A DNA stretch of 64,000 bases, taken from the human T2T-CHM13v2.0 reference genome, Homo sapiens. Where the stretch lies: the NCBI RefSeq assembly GCF_009914755.1, contig NC_060929.1; one strand, written 5' to 3'. The notes under the pieces are model-generated. The model saw only the letters and a program-made list of their open reading frames with translations. It made no database searches and was not told the DNA's origin. Shown piece by piece: positions 1-12,697 of this stretch. Every line of letters starts with the position of its first letter. Within the stretch, counting starts at the first letter, position 1. A program made the translations under genes and the position numbers.

Positions 1-1702
1 ATGTAAAGATGAGTTTGCTCAGGCAATTACCCCTTGTTGATAGCAGATTATTTCCTCTGGCAACTCGAAAATAACTTGTTGGTATATAAGTTACTGCTGT
101 TCTGGGGATGTAGTAATTTACTCTCCTGCCTTTTTTATGAGCACATTTATTTTAATCAGTAGAGTTCAGAATAGCTCTTTTTCATCTAACTCCATCTCTT
201 TTGGAGTTATGCACCTTCTAACACATAATGAAGGAAGGTCCTTTTGCGCACACAGGAGAAAAGAGGTATGATATATTGCTGGAAAAATGGTCTTTGCACG
301 GGAAATCATATCCCATGATCTTTTTTGTCCATGTTAAAAACACAACACTTGTTCTCCACAGCTCCAGCCCAAATTATTTTTCTGATGAAAACAATGAAAA
401 CCTCACCAAGTAACTCACCATTATCTTTCATCGTGGGGACCGATAACATGGAATAGTTACACATGTAGGATGAAGAAGAACATGAAAGAATTCAGGTCAG
501 CAAAACCTATACAACTTTTAAGAAATATTGCAGGTTATATACCTCACTGAATGCCTGTAAGATAAAAGCAAGCCAGAGAGTTTAACTGCCTCACCATTTT
601 GCAGATGAAGTAAAGGGTCCAGAAAAGAAAAACACTTTTCCATGGCACCCAGGAACTTTGATGGGGACCAAACAAATACTGTGATAAAGGTCCTTCACCT
701 CTCCCATTGGCCCCTAGCCATCCCCTTACAGAACTTTTGCTATTTCTAAACAAGTATAGAGAAAGCAAAATTCATTTTCTAACATTAATCCCTAGTTGGC
801 TAAGCCTTGGTTACTCCACATGTGTTACTTATCATGAAAGTTCAGTATATGATAAAGAGGTGGATCATTTAATTTTTCTCCAGTACATAATAACAATGAC
901 AAAATTAGTGACTTCACCACTTGGGTCTTTTCTAGAAAAGGGCAAAGTTTGGCTGATGGAGCACAGACACCAAAACCTGAGAGCCTGTATTCTTGACAAT
1001 CTCTACTTCTGACCACTTAGATTCTTGTTACTCCATTCTCCCAGTCATAAAACACTAGGCAGTAACTTTCCTCTCATCATGAGGATTATTAACAGGACAA
1101 AGGAAGACTATGGATGTGGAAGAATCTGGCTTTCTTGAAAATTCAGGGACTGTCATTTCAAAGCATTACTTCTTTGTACTTCTTCCATGGAATGTTTTCA
1201 TTTAAGTGAAAATAGAACATCAGAAATAATTTTTTGTTGAGAAAAAAATAAGAAAAAGAGCAAAAACAAGAACTGCAAGATTATTTTACAAAAATTTCTG
1301 TGATTTTTTATAGAGATCATATCTGGGCAAATCAGGAGGATAAGTAAAATCAACTGTCCTAATTTATAAAGCCAATGCAACACAAGTTCACATCAGTCCA
1401 CATTGTGAACTGCGTCTGTGCATTAAATATATTAATAATTGAACAGTACAGCAGGAAAAGTTTTAAGGGCTTTTTTCAAGTAGAAATTCTCATCTATGCC
1501 TAGCACTAAATTCAGTAAATTTTCTTTCCATACATAAGGTGGTTGTCCAAATCTGTGCTGAAGTAGAAATTCATGGCATGTATTTTTAATATTTCAAAAG
1601 TAGTGAGTTTGCAAATCTACTTTTCTTAACAAATTGTAACCAAACCTAGAAACATATACTAAATAGGTGCTCAGTCCTCTATGAACTCTCTTCCAATAAA
1701 AA

Positions 1703-1834
1703 GGGGAGAGTGGCGGCACACACCTGTAGTCCCAGCTATTTGGGAGGCTGAGGCAGGAGGATTGGTTGAGCCCAGGAGTTCTCGAGCCAGCCTTGGCAAC
1801 ATAGTGAGATCCATCCCTGAAAAAAAGAAAAGAA
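1703..1834 (+). mobile_element. FLAM_A-like free left Alu monomer (SINE)
   Basis: cctgtagtcccagctatttgggaggctgaggcaggaggattggttgagcccaggagttc...ggcaacatagtgaga followed by an A-rich tail; single monomer. Confidence 0.85.
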
Positions 1835-2919
1835 ATTGTATATATATTTGCTTGTGCAATAAACTAATATTGAATATTATACAATTTGACTCATGTGGCC
1901 TTCTCTGTCTAGGTTTTCATGGGTATAAACAATTTAAATTTTAATATATTATAAATATTATTTTATTATTTGACCAATATTTAAAAGTAATGAAATTAGT
2001 GAGAAATATTTTATTTTGATGATATAATTGTCAAGCACTTTGTCAATAAGAAGCTCTGTACAAGCTTCAAATAATTTAAAGAAGCAAAATTATTTAATGT
2101 GTAAATTCAGACATTAAAATTTGGGGGGTTCATATTATAATTTCCTGACTAAATTAAGTCATGAACAGCAAAAAGAATAATGCGCACACAAAAATTGAGC
2201 TTCCTTATAGAGATTCCAGGAAAAAAATAAATGAAATAGATAAAATAACATACAAAGCCACAAAGAGTGATGATTTTGCAAGGGAGAACACTATCTCATC
2301 TTATTCATTAAAAAATGTGAAGAACACTTACTCATCTCTGAAAAAATAGTTTATTTTCTTCTATCTGGAATTTCCTCTCGTATCACTGCTATAAGCAGGT
2401 TTTTCACCAAAGGGCTGGTTTCTTAAGTGACTCAACCTAATCATTTTAAGCCCAATTCAACTATATAGAATATAATGATTGTCAATAGGAAGAGTTAAAT
2501 ATTGGTCTTAATAAAACTTTAAATGATATAATTAGCCTGACAACTTATTACATTTAAGCATATCAACCTGCCGATATTTATTTACAAGAATTAAAATTAC
2601 AAAAATTATAAAGATGCTTCTACATTACCACCATTACTTTGGAATACTTGATATTGGTTCCAAAATAGTGACAGGTTTAAATATCGTCAGCTACATTAAG
2701 GTCTGTTCAAAAAGTACATGAGTTTTGAACAGTGTATAGGCAAAAAACAAATTACTAATATATAACACATCTTGCATCAAAACATAGCTTCTAGCCGCAG
2801 CAGTTAGGGCAGCACAGGCCAGGAATCTTCTAAGAAAGAACATTATGCAACAAAGCGCCACCACTCGGACTGGGTGATAGAGAGCTAGCTGCAACTGTTA
2901 GTGTTTTCTCTTTCTTCTT

Positions 2920-3030
2920 CCTTTTTTTTTTAATATACAGAAGGATTGTACATATATTTGGGGAACATGTGATGGTCTAACACATGCACACAATGTGTAA
3001 TGATGAACCAGGGTATTTAGGATATCTTTC
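2920..3030 (-). mobile_element. Short L1MA-type 3' UTR fragment
   Basis: T-run then ttgtacatatatttggggaacatgtgat...caatgtgtaatgatgaaccagggtattt, resembling the L1MA 3' end in antisense. Confidence 0.65.
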
Positions 3031-3122
3031 TTGTTGTTTGTGAGTGATGGTGCTGAGGAGGACTGGAATCAAGCTCAGGAGAAACTCCATGTACTAGAGG
3101 AAAAAAGAAATTCCATCTACTT

Positions 3123-3415
3123 AGTAATGAAAAGAATAGTCTCTGAAGCCAAGAAGCTTGGTTAGAATGTCAGGGCTACCCCTTACCAGCTGGTGACCTT
3201 GGGCAGTTTTTGGAATGTCTTAGCCTTGGTAATCCCTTCTATGAAAAAAAAAAAAAAAAGGAGGAGAAAGAGAACATATAGAGGTAAATGAAAAAAATAG
3301 TCTCCCATCTATAAAGGGATAATAGCCTTGTGTGAAGATTAAATAAATTAGTACCTATAAAATGCTTAGAAGAATGCCTGGTAGATAGTAATTTCTCAGT
3401 AAATGTTAGCTAATA
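3123..3415 (+). mobile_element. MIR SINE split by an A-rich tract
   Basis: MIR core (cttaccagctggtgaccttgggcag) and 3' end (atgcttagaagaatgcctgg...taaatgttagcta). Confidence 0.75.
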
Positions 3416-3527
3416 TAGCAAAGGCAAAACATAAAGCAAGAGAAGTAGCATGGCAACAGCAATAATCTTCCATTTCCAGAGAACATGAAATGTTTTAGTG
3501 TAAGGAAAGGCTGATCTATTTTTGAAG

Positions 3528-3712
3528 GAGGCAGCACAGTTTAGTGGAAAGCATCAGGAAAAATCTTGAGTTTTCATCTATCCTGTTTCTACCAGTACCT
3601 TGCTGCGTGGCCTTGTCCCACTTAACATCTGTGCACCTCATTGTTCTTATCAAGAAACTAAGAAATTTCAATTTGATGATTTCTAGGGCTTCTTTCAACT
3701 CTAAACATCTTC
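3528..3712 (+). mobile_element. MIR3-like SINE
   Basis: 5' gaggcagcacagtttagtggaaag and MIR3-type 3' end gatgatttctagggcttctttcaactctaa. Confidence 0.6.
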
Positions 3713-5660
3713 TAGTCATAATACCTAGAGGATAATCTGGCAGCCATTGCATGGTTTATGCTCATAGGAGGAGTATTTCAGGTGTCTCTTTCTACTTCTC
3801 AAAGGGCCAGATGAGCAACCAGAAGTACATGAAGACTGGTATATTGCAGTGAAATAGAATTAAGCCCTCAAATGGAATGTCATTTAATTCCTACACTGTA
3901 AAAACTGCATGTATGTGTTCTTACGCATCTATACCTTCAAATTACATGTACCAAAGAGTGGTGTACCTTATATTGGTTCTCTGATAGAATAAATTCCCAC
4001 CACATAGTGAATTTTTAAACTGAGATGCTTATTCTATTTCATTATAATGTGTAAACTGTTACTTTATACTCAACTACCCTGAGGTAAATTGAAGATGGGT
4101 ATACAAAATGAAACTATTCCTCTAATAAAATCACTGACATGTTAAGAGGGTTCCCATTTTAGTTATTTATGCTGTTTTCTTTCATTTTTAAAGATGACAC
4201 TACCCTTTATTACACATTCTGAATGTGTGTGTTATACTTGTACGACACATTTTCTTTCCATGACCCATTAAAGTAGCATAATGCTTTCTATATTCATGCA
4301 TCTCTTAGCACACAACCTATGGTTTTAAATATTTTTGCATTCTTTCTCAGAAGGGAAAAAAATGGGTTTCATAGTGAAAGAAAAAACTTGGCCAATTATG
4401 TCATTTTTATCTCATTTTCAGTTTCGACCTAGCATTATCTTAGGCTTAGTAGTAACAAATGATAAAATGACAAATAAATTCTGACATTCTCTGCATAATC
4501 TACATTCTTGGCCATCGAATCTTCATTTTACCAGCCTCTTAAGAAATGTTTAAGAAAAAGAAAAAAGAAAACCTCAAACATGACTGCCAATCTAACCCAT
4601 TCCATTCTGTGTGTCATGCTGCCGAAGCAGCACTTGGAATCTAGAAGTACCAAGTGCCACAATTCGTCTCCTTGTGACTCATGGCACCAGATGACAAGCA
4701 ATCCTCTGTCCTTCAGCAGCACCAGAAACAGTGGAGGATCCGTGTGGGTGTTCACAGCGTTGTGAATAGATCTAGTGGGAGGCAAGAGTCCAAGGCTCAG
4801 GCTTCCTGCACGTACCACCATCCTGACAGATGGCATATTCTTGGCCAGAATCCAAGGACCTTGGTCACCGAGTGAACTTTCCCTGACTCTGTGCTATGTC
4901 GATATCCCAGACACACAGGGACACAGGCCTTGCTTATGAATCATTCTGCTAGAAGCTGCCTCTATGTGTGTTTTCTGAATGAATGTTCATAAAGGTATTT
5001 TGCCTAAACCAAGTAAGACTGTTCAGCACTTTGTCACACAATTACCGTGGGTTGTATCAACACAGAAAGTGTGTTTTATAATTTAGTCATAATGAATTTT
5101 TTGACCCATAAATCAATAAACCTGTTACAGACTGAATAATAATATTTGCTTCCTGAAAGCATGTATGATATCAACAAGGTCGCAGTTTACTGTCATTTTT
5201 AATAGGGAGAAAAAATCTGTACTCAAGGGGCATTTAACATATTTTGACAAGGTGACCCACAATTATCCATTAACACTGTATTTGTCTAAGCCCTACTGCA
5301 TTGATATGCAGGGACCATGTAATAGTTCATTGATGTCCCACTTGGGGGTGGAGCATAAGGCAAGTGGGACCTTTCCAAGGTCTTTCACAGCCAGAATGCA
5401 TCTTGCTATTGCTGTATTGATTAAACATTTGGATAGTTAATCAAAACAGCTCAGCCCTGTTAACCTGCCACGTGCAGTATACAAAAGAAAGAAAGAAAGG
5501 CCTCTAAGAGAAGCCATGAGGCTGTATTTTTCTTATTTTCAAATTTGATAAAATATATCTTTTCAGACAATAGGATTATAGTAAAATATTATAAAGCATT
5601 CAACTTCATCTTGAATTGAAAGACTTGTGGACTTTTCTGTTCATTTCTCAACATTTTTAA

Positions 5661-7526
5661 AGATTTACTTTGACAAAAATTGTGTATATTTATGGGGTAC
5701 AATGTGAGGTTTTGATGTGAGGTTTTGATGTAGATATTACAGAAAGATTAAATCAAGCTAAATAACATATATATCACATCACCAACTTATTTTTTGTGAT
5801 GAGAATGTTAAAAATCTATTCTTTCAGTGATTTTGAAATATACGATACATTATTATTAACCATAGTCAGAAACTAGTGAAATAGATGGCTAGAATTTGTT
5901 CCTCCAATCTAACTGAAACTTTGTACACTTTGATCAATATTTTACCTTTCTCTCTGTCTCTCTTTTCCCCACACCCCAGCCCCAGCCTATGGTAATGAAC
6001 TTTCTACTGTCTTTGTCTATGAGATCAACATTTTTAGATTCCACATACAAGTGAGATCAAACAGTATTTGTCTTTCTGTGCCTGCCTTATTTCACTTAGC
6101 ATAATGTCCTCCAATTTTATCCATATTATTGCAAATGACAGAATGTCCTTTTGTAAGGCTGAATAGTATTTCATTGTGAATATATACCACATTTTCTTCA
6201 TCCAGTCATCTATTAATGGGTGTTGCTTCCATATTTTGGAGATTGTGAATAATGCTGCATAAGCAAAGGAGTATAGATAACTCTTTGACATACTGATTTT
6301 AATTCCTTTGGATATATAACCAGAAGTGTCATTGCTGTATCATAGATTAATTCAATTTTCATTTTTTTCAGGAGCCTCCATACTGTTTTCCAAAGTGGCT
6401 ATACTAATTAACATTCCCACCAACAGAGTACAACCGTACTCTTTTCTCCACGTTTGCCAACACTTGTTATCGTTTGTCTTTTTCAGAGCAGCCATTCTAA
6501 CAAGTATGAGGTGATATTTCATGGTGATTTTAATTTGCTTTTTCCTTATGATTAGAGATGCTGACCATTTTTTAAATATTTGTGTTGGCCATTCATAACT
6601 CTTCTCTTGAGAAGGTCTGTTCAGACCATTTGGCCATTTTTTTTTAACTGGGTTTCTTGCTTTCTTGCTATTAAGTTGTTTGAGTTCCCTATATATTTTT
6701 GATATTAGCTCCTTATCAGATGTATGGTTTGCAAATACTTTCTCCCAATCCATGGGAGAGTATCTCTTCACCCTGTTGTTTCCTTTGTTGTCTAGAAGTT
6801 TTTTAGTTTGATGAAATCCCATTTCTATTTTCCCTTTTGTTGCCTGTGCTTTTGGAGTTCTGTCTAAAAACACCATTGCTCAGATCAATGTCAGGGAGCT
6901 TTCCCCTATGTTTCTGTTTTCTTTTTCCTTTTTTTTTTTTTTTTTTTTTTGAGATAGAGTCTCTCTCTGTCACCCAGGCTGGAGAGCAGTGGTGCAATCT
7001 TGGCTCACTGCAACCTCCACCTCCTGGGTTCAAGTGATTCCCCTGCCTCAGCCTCCTGAATAGAGCTGGAATTACAGGCATGTGCTAGCATACCTAGCCG
7101 AATTTTGTATTTTTAGTAAAGATGGTGTTTTGACATGTTGACCAGTCTGGTCTTGAACTCTTGGTCTCAAGTGATGTGCCTGCCTTGGCCTCTCAAAGTG
7201 CTGGGATTACAGACGTTGAGCCAACATGCCCAGCCTTCCCTATATTTTATTCTAGTAATTTTATAGTTTCAGGTCTTAATGTTTAAGTCTTTCATCCATT
7301 TTGAGTTTATTTTGGTATATCATATGAGATATGGGTCCAATTTTATTCTTCTGCAAGTAGATATCCTGCTTTCTCAGCATCATTTATTGACAAGTCTATC
7401 CTTTTCCCATTGTGTATTCATGGAAACTTTGTCAAAAATCAATTGATTGTAAGTACTTGAGTTTATTTCTGGGATTTCTAACCTGTTCCTTTGGTTGATG
7501 TGTCTGTTTTTATTCCATTAACGTGC
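5661..7526 (-). mobile_element. L1MA7/8-like LINE-1, 3' (non-inverted) part, interrupted by an Alu
   Basis: L1MA 3' UTR in antisense; ORF-track fragments 6034-6291 and 6352-6876 resemble the ORF2 C-terminus (WMKKMWYIFTMKYYSA; MKYHLILVRMA). Confidence 0.9.
6916..7235 (-). mobile_element. AluSz-like SINE inserted in the L1MA
   Basis: Full dimer in antisense with poly-T; approximate TSD ttcccctatgttt / ttccctatattt. Confidence 0.93.
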
Positions 7527-8093
7527 CTGTCTCTGCTTGCTGATAACATAATCTTATATATAGGAAACCCTAAAAATTCCACCAAAAAATGTTCAACTGA
7601 AAAACAAATTCGGTAAAGTTACAGGTTAAAAAATCAACATATAAAAATCAGTAACATTACTATATACTAACAATGAACTATCCAAACAATAAAAATAAGA
7701 AAACAATCCTATTTACAATAACATCAAAAATAAAATACTTAGGATTAAAGTTAACCAAGGAAGTGAGAGATCTATCTATATACTAAAAACCATAAAACAC
7801 TGTAAAGGAAATTGAAGAAGATACAAATAAATGAAAAGATATTTCATGTTCACGAATTGGAAGAATTAACATTGTTAAAATGTCCATACTACCCAAAGCA
7901 ATCTACAAGTTGGATACAATTCCTATCAAAATTTCAATGTCATTTTTCACAGAAATAGAAAAAAATTCCTAAAATTTGTATGAAACCAGAGATGACCCTG
8001 ACTATTCAAAGAAATCTTGAGCAAAAAGAACAAAATTATAGGCATCGTGCTCCCTATTTCAAAACATATTATAAAACTTTTGTAATAAAAACA
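7527..8093 (+). mobile_element. Inverted 5' segment of the same L1MA (ORF2 RT region)
   Basis: Begins at the degenerate FADD-coding region (ctgtctctgcttgctgataacata) and ends at gtaataaaaaca, contiguous in the L1 consensus with the end of the minus-strand part. Confidence 0.85.
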
Positions 8094-8724
8094 TTTCTTG
8101 ACATTTTAAGTGGGTTAAAATCTCACATCTTTGCCAGAATTGAGTCATGTTCTTTACACCCATCTAAGTTCAGTGCACCCTCAGTTTCCTCTTTAGTTAG
8201 AATACTCTTGATATTCAAAATTGGAGGCCCCCATTTGGGACTCACTGGTTCATTTCTACCCCCTAGATTTTCCCTTCTTGTCACATGAGCCAATATTCTC
8301 AGACCCTCTTTCCTCATGTCTAATCTCAAACAATCTCAATGTTTCGTTTCCTTTGTTAAGAATATAAAGTTATCAGAATTTATTTTTATACATATAAAAC
8401 CTTCAATTTTGCTTCCCTTTCTTTCTTCTGTTAAATCTTTTGTCCTCAACTGATTTTTCTTATAACTGAATCGTTCTAATTTTCATTTAGGAGACCACCA
8501 ATCCCTGCCATTCTCCCCTTCAGCTTCTTATCAACCAATAAGTAGCACAGTTATACACCATTCACCTCACATTCTGCCATACATATCTGTTTAGGACTTC
8601 CAATTATATCCTCAATCCATCGTACATAATAATCATGTACAGTTGTGGTTATTTACACTCTAAGTATTTCACCTGTTCACTTTGTTTAACAATTTCTAAC
8701 ACAAATCAATTTTTCATAAAGTTG

Positions 8725-8845
8725 TTTGATCATAAGAATCATCAACTCCAATTAGACCTACTTATCATTATATCCAAGAGTAGGACCTAAAAATGTGTAG
8801 TTTAACAAGCACCTAGGGAAGTTCTTAGGGTCAGGAAAATCTGTA
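8725..8845. mobile_element. MER5-family hAT-Charlie fragment
   Basis: taggacctaaaaatgtgtagtttaacaagcacctaggg resembles the MER5A/B internal motif. Confidence 0.45.
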
Positions 8846-9084
8846 GTCCAGTGACTTAATCCATTCTTCATCCATTTGTTCTGTAAAGCCAAATATACAC
8901 CAAGTGATAATTAAAAATGCATCTATAACAAGATTTTATTTCATTAAGTACAATTATTGAGCACTTTCTATGTGCAGTAATTTACATATGTTATCTCATT
9001 TACCTTGCTGCTAAGTTCATCCTGATTTTGCTTTTTATTGGGATGTACATGATTGTGTGTGTGTGCAAGTGTGTGTGTGCACAA

Positions 9085-9490
9085 TTATATTACATAGATT
9101 GTAATGTCTATTTTGAGAAAAGATTTTCTCTCCCTTTTTGGCTTTGACAAAGCAAGTTGCCATGTTGGGAGTTGCCATATGGAGAGAGGTCACAGAGTGG
9201 CCCTCCGCCAACAAGCAACAAGAAACTGAGACCCTCAGTTTGGCAGCCTGCAAAGCATTGAATGCTGCCAACATTCATGTGAGCTTGAAAGCAGATCCTT
9301 CCCTGGGCGAGTCTCAGATGAAACTGCAGCCCCAGCCAACACCTTGATTGCAGCTTTGTGAAACCCTGAAGCACAGAACTCAGCTAAACTGTTCCCAGAC
9401 TGCTAAAATCCATGGCAACTGTGAGATAATAAACATGTTAATTTTAGAATTTGTAGTAGTATTATTACACAGTAACAGATAACTAATACA
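9085..9490 (+). mobile_element. MLT1E-family MaLR solo LTR (partial)
   Basis: gccaacaccttgattgcagctttgtga, gtgagataataaa and terminal gataactaataca. Confidence 0.8.
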
Positions 9491-12400
9491 TAATACTTTT
9501 ATTTCATAGCCATTGTTATTTCGAGTCCCATAACCTTTTAAATTTGGGGGTTCCTATTTAATTACATTACTAGAAACTGCTACCACCTCAATTTACCATC
9601 ATCTGTGCATTTACATTATGATCTAATATGCACCCTAGGAAGTAGGTATTTTATCTACTCATGTTATAAAAAAAATCCCTATCTATTTTCCACCTACACT
9701 CACTCCTAAAAGAATAAGCTCATCATTCATAAGCTAGAACAGTAAAAATGAGTTTGCTTTCAGAGGTGTAAGTTAAATGCAATAAAACAGACTCTCTGCT
9801 TATTAAATTAAGGATAATAGGCTAATTTTTGTATACAAAAATGGCATTGCAGGTCTAGACATTTGGGCCATGTTACATTTAGGGTGCTTTTTCTATAATT
9901 CTTTCAAATTCATTATCAGCCTCTATGTGCACCCTAAACTCATTATGACCAATGGGTGTACTTTTGTAAAAGCACTGGTTGCAGATGAACCTTCCAGTAG
10001 AAATCCAGACATAAAGTAAAACTATTGACACAACCAGGAATAAAATTGTCATTACCTATGTGGTACCTAATCGGCCACAGCTGAGGAGGAAGTGTAAGGA
10101 GTGGGGAGAAATAAGACATAAAATGTATGCAATGCAGCAAGCTCAAGATCACAATGGACAGGTTCCTCTGTTTGCTAAAAATAGGGAACCCATTGTGTAG
10201 TAATTATCTCCCTAAAGGTTTGGAACAAGATGAGAAACTTGCTCAAAAATAGGTCACTATTAACTGGAAAATATGATTCTAGTCTTAAAAAAAAAGGACT
10301 AGAAAATTAGTGGCGGGCATTAATTTCTTGTTATTTATGAAAGCACTTTGGGAGCAAGATCCGTTGAGTCTTATTTCCTTTTTATGGAAACAGACACCAT
10401 TATTCAATTTTGTCCTATCTTTTTATTAATAGGTGTAAAACATCCCCAGGGAGTTTCAAAGCTTCCGTGGAAACCAGAAGCAATATAATAATTCTACACC
10501 TAGGTGGCTGTCACTCAGCCTAGGTGTTCTCCAAACCAGAGGAAGCCTAAGCAAGTCTCTGCCGGGCTGGTTCTGCCTTCTCAAGGGGCAAAATGACAAT
10601 ATTATTTGAGCAGTGGTTCCTAGGCACAAGGACTTAACCCATTATCTCACATTCCTTCTATAAGAGTTTCCTTGTTTTGAGTTATGAAAGTCTTCTCTTA
10701 GGTACCTCCTTTAAGATGCACAGTACGCAGGACAATAATAAAGTTCCAAACTGAACTTCTTAATAAAAATAGATGCCTGTCTTCCCGGTTGAAAATGTGG
10801 GTCAACAGAGGATAGTGGTTTATTGAATGAAGAAAAGAAAAACTAAACCACAAAAAAGGGAGAGGTCACAGAAATATCAGAAAAGATCCTAAAAGAAATT
10901 TGCCTGCCTTCACTCTGGACTAACTAAATAGATAACATAAGATATTGTTCATATTTAAATGTCAGACTCTGTTGAGGTCAATCCTTTGAAGAAACCAAAT
11001 TCTTTTCAGGTGTTGTTCACAGATAGTAACCCCAACACTGATGTTAACATCTATTGTAGCTATTACATATTCTTAGGAATTACTGAAATTTGTGAGTATA
11101 AACCCATATAGCATAGAAAGATTAAAATAGTTAATTAAAGTAAAATAACATCCACTCATCTGTATTAATAGTTGAAAGGGTTCCAGGTTTTGTGCTGGAG
11201 AAAATGACTGATCTTATCTACTACATAATACATCTTCTCTAATGATGAATTGGGGCAACATAAGCAGGCAGCCAGAAACTTAGAACACTGATCACAAGAA
11301 GATAATTTTGAGGAACTCAACAAAGTTTATTGAAGAAGATAAGAACCTGGACCTCTGTCTCAGGAGGTTACTATTTGAAATTTTAGGGACATCAGTCACC
11401 CTTCTCCCTTTGAAGCAGAAAGAATAAAAACAAATAAACAAATAGATGACAGTAGCATGGAAGGAGAAGAGATTGAAAAAGGATGAGAGAGGAGAATATA
11501 AATAATCTAGGAGAAACCCAAGAGTTAAGGCACTTTCAAACTATAAGATTTTATTGGACAGCTATTGTGCCCAGATTGAATGGAGCACTGTTAATGATAT
11601 CAAAGTAGTTGCAGACTTGATATCTGAACCAAAGAAATTGTCATCTTAGTGGTGCGATGAACCTGTTATTAACTTTAATTTTTAAAATATTAAAAGAATT
11701 GCGATTATGCCATATGGTAGAACCAGACAGAACAGGCCTTGATGAGACACCATTTTGTATTGGATGCTTCATCTTGTTCTTCAACATTGTGATCCAAAAT
11801 TTTGAAAGAAGTTATCATATGAGTCTACCTGGTCCATAATAATAATGAAATATGAAAATATATTTACCCTGGGACTTGATTTTTAAATAATTTCAAAATG
11901 TTGGCTATGAATAACCAAGAAAATATGACAAAATTAACACAAATACTTGGCTTTAGGGTTTATGTAATCATAGTTATATATGTTTAAAAAAACACAAATA
12001 GTATAAAGTATTGCTTTGGTATTAATTTAGGAAGCAAAAATCTCAGCCATGTACAATTAAGGGTTGCATCTTCATTGTTGTTTTACCCTGAGATTCTTCT
12101 CATTTCATGATCCTCTTCCATTTCACTCATTTTAAATATGACCACATAGATAACCTGAGTGGTTTCACATTTCAAGTTGTTCCATGCTGTCCTGTATTGG
12201 AATATTATTACCCACTGGGCTCAACCTCTGGGGCTAGCCAAGCAAGGGTGCAAGCCATGCAGGCCAATTTTACTATTTTAAAAGCCAAGTAAAATAAGAG
12301 GAAATGTGTAAGGTGAAAATCAGGGAAAGCAAAACCTACTGTTATACCTGGGTGAGACTGGGGCAGCAAATGCAGAAACAACTCTAAGAGTGTCAAACGT

Positions 12401-12520
12401 GAAGAGGAAGACAGCTAGAGAGTCAGGACAGGAGCACTGTGAGAAGTGTAAAAATGTTGCTGCCAGTAATTTGTTGTTACAGGTTGCGGCCACATGGCAT
12501 AAGACATGGTATATATAGCT

Positions 12521-12697
12521 CAGTGGTTTATAACCTTGGCTATACAATAGAATCACCTGGGGAGCTTCTAAAATCCCAATTCCCAGGCACTACTTCAGAC
12601 CCTTTATGTCAGAATCTCTGATTTCTAGGACACAGCAGCAATATTCTGAAAAGTAGCTGAGCCAATTCCAATGTGTAGCCAATGTTGAGAATCACTG
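12521..12697. mobile_element. MER5B hAT-Charlie MITE
   Basis: TIRs cagtggtt...atcactg; internal gaatcacctggggagctt; ~177 bp. Confidence 0.85.

Noticed and set aside
2854-2870. CTCF-like GTGGCGCT half-match (also 54885-54899)
   Set aside because: Two to three mismatches in the CCRSYAG half of the core
3233-3315. Apparent TSD around the A-rich tract inside a MIR
   Set aside because: Both copies correspond to the MIR core (ttcctcatctgtaaa), so two MIR fragments explain it equally well
6803-7081. Alu-derived ORFs (also 1671-1944, 28221-28525, 39477-39732, 49716-50119, 62717-62959)
   Set aside because: Typical translations of Alu/FLAM sequence
11010-11091. Further exon-like units (also 17944-18022, 32475-32625, acceptor at 34814)
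   Set aside because: At least one weak splice site each; indistinguishable from pseudo-exons without expression data
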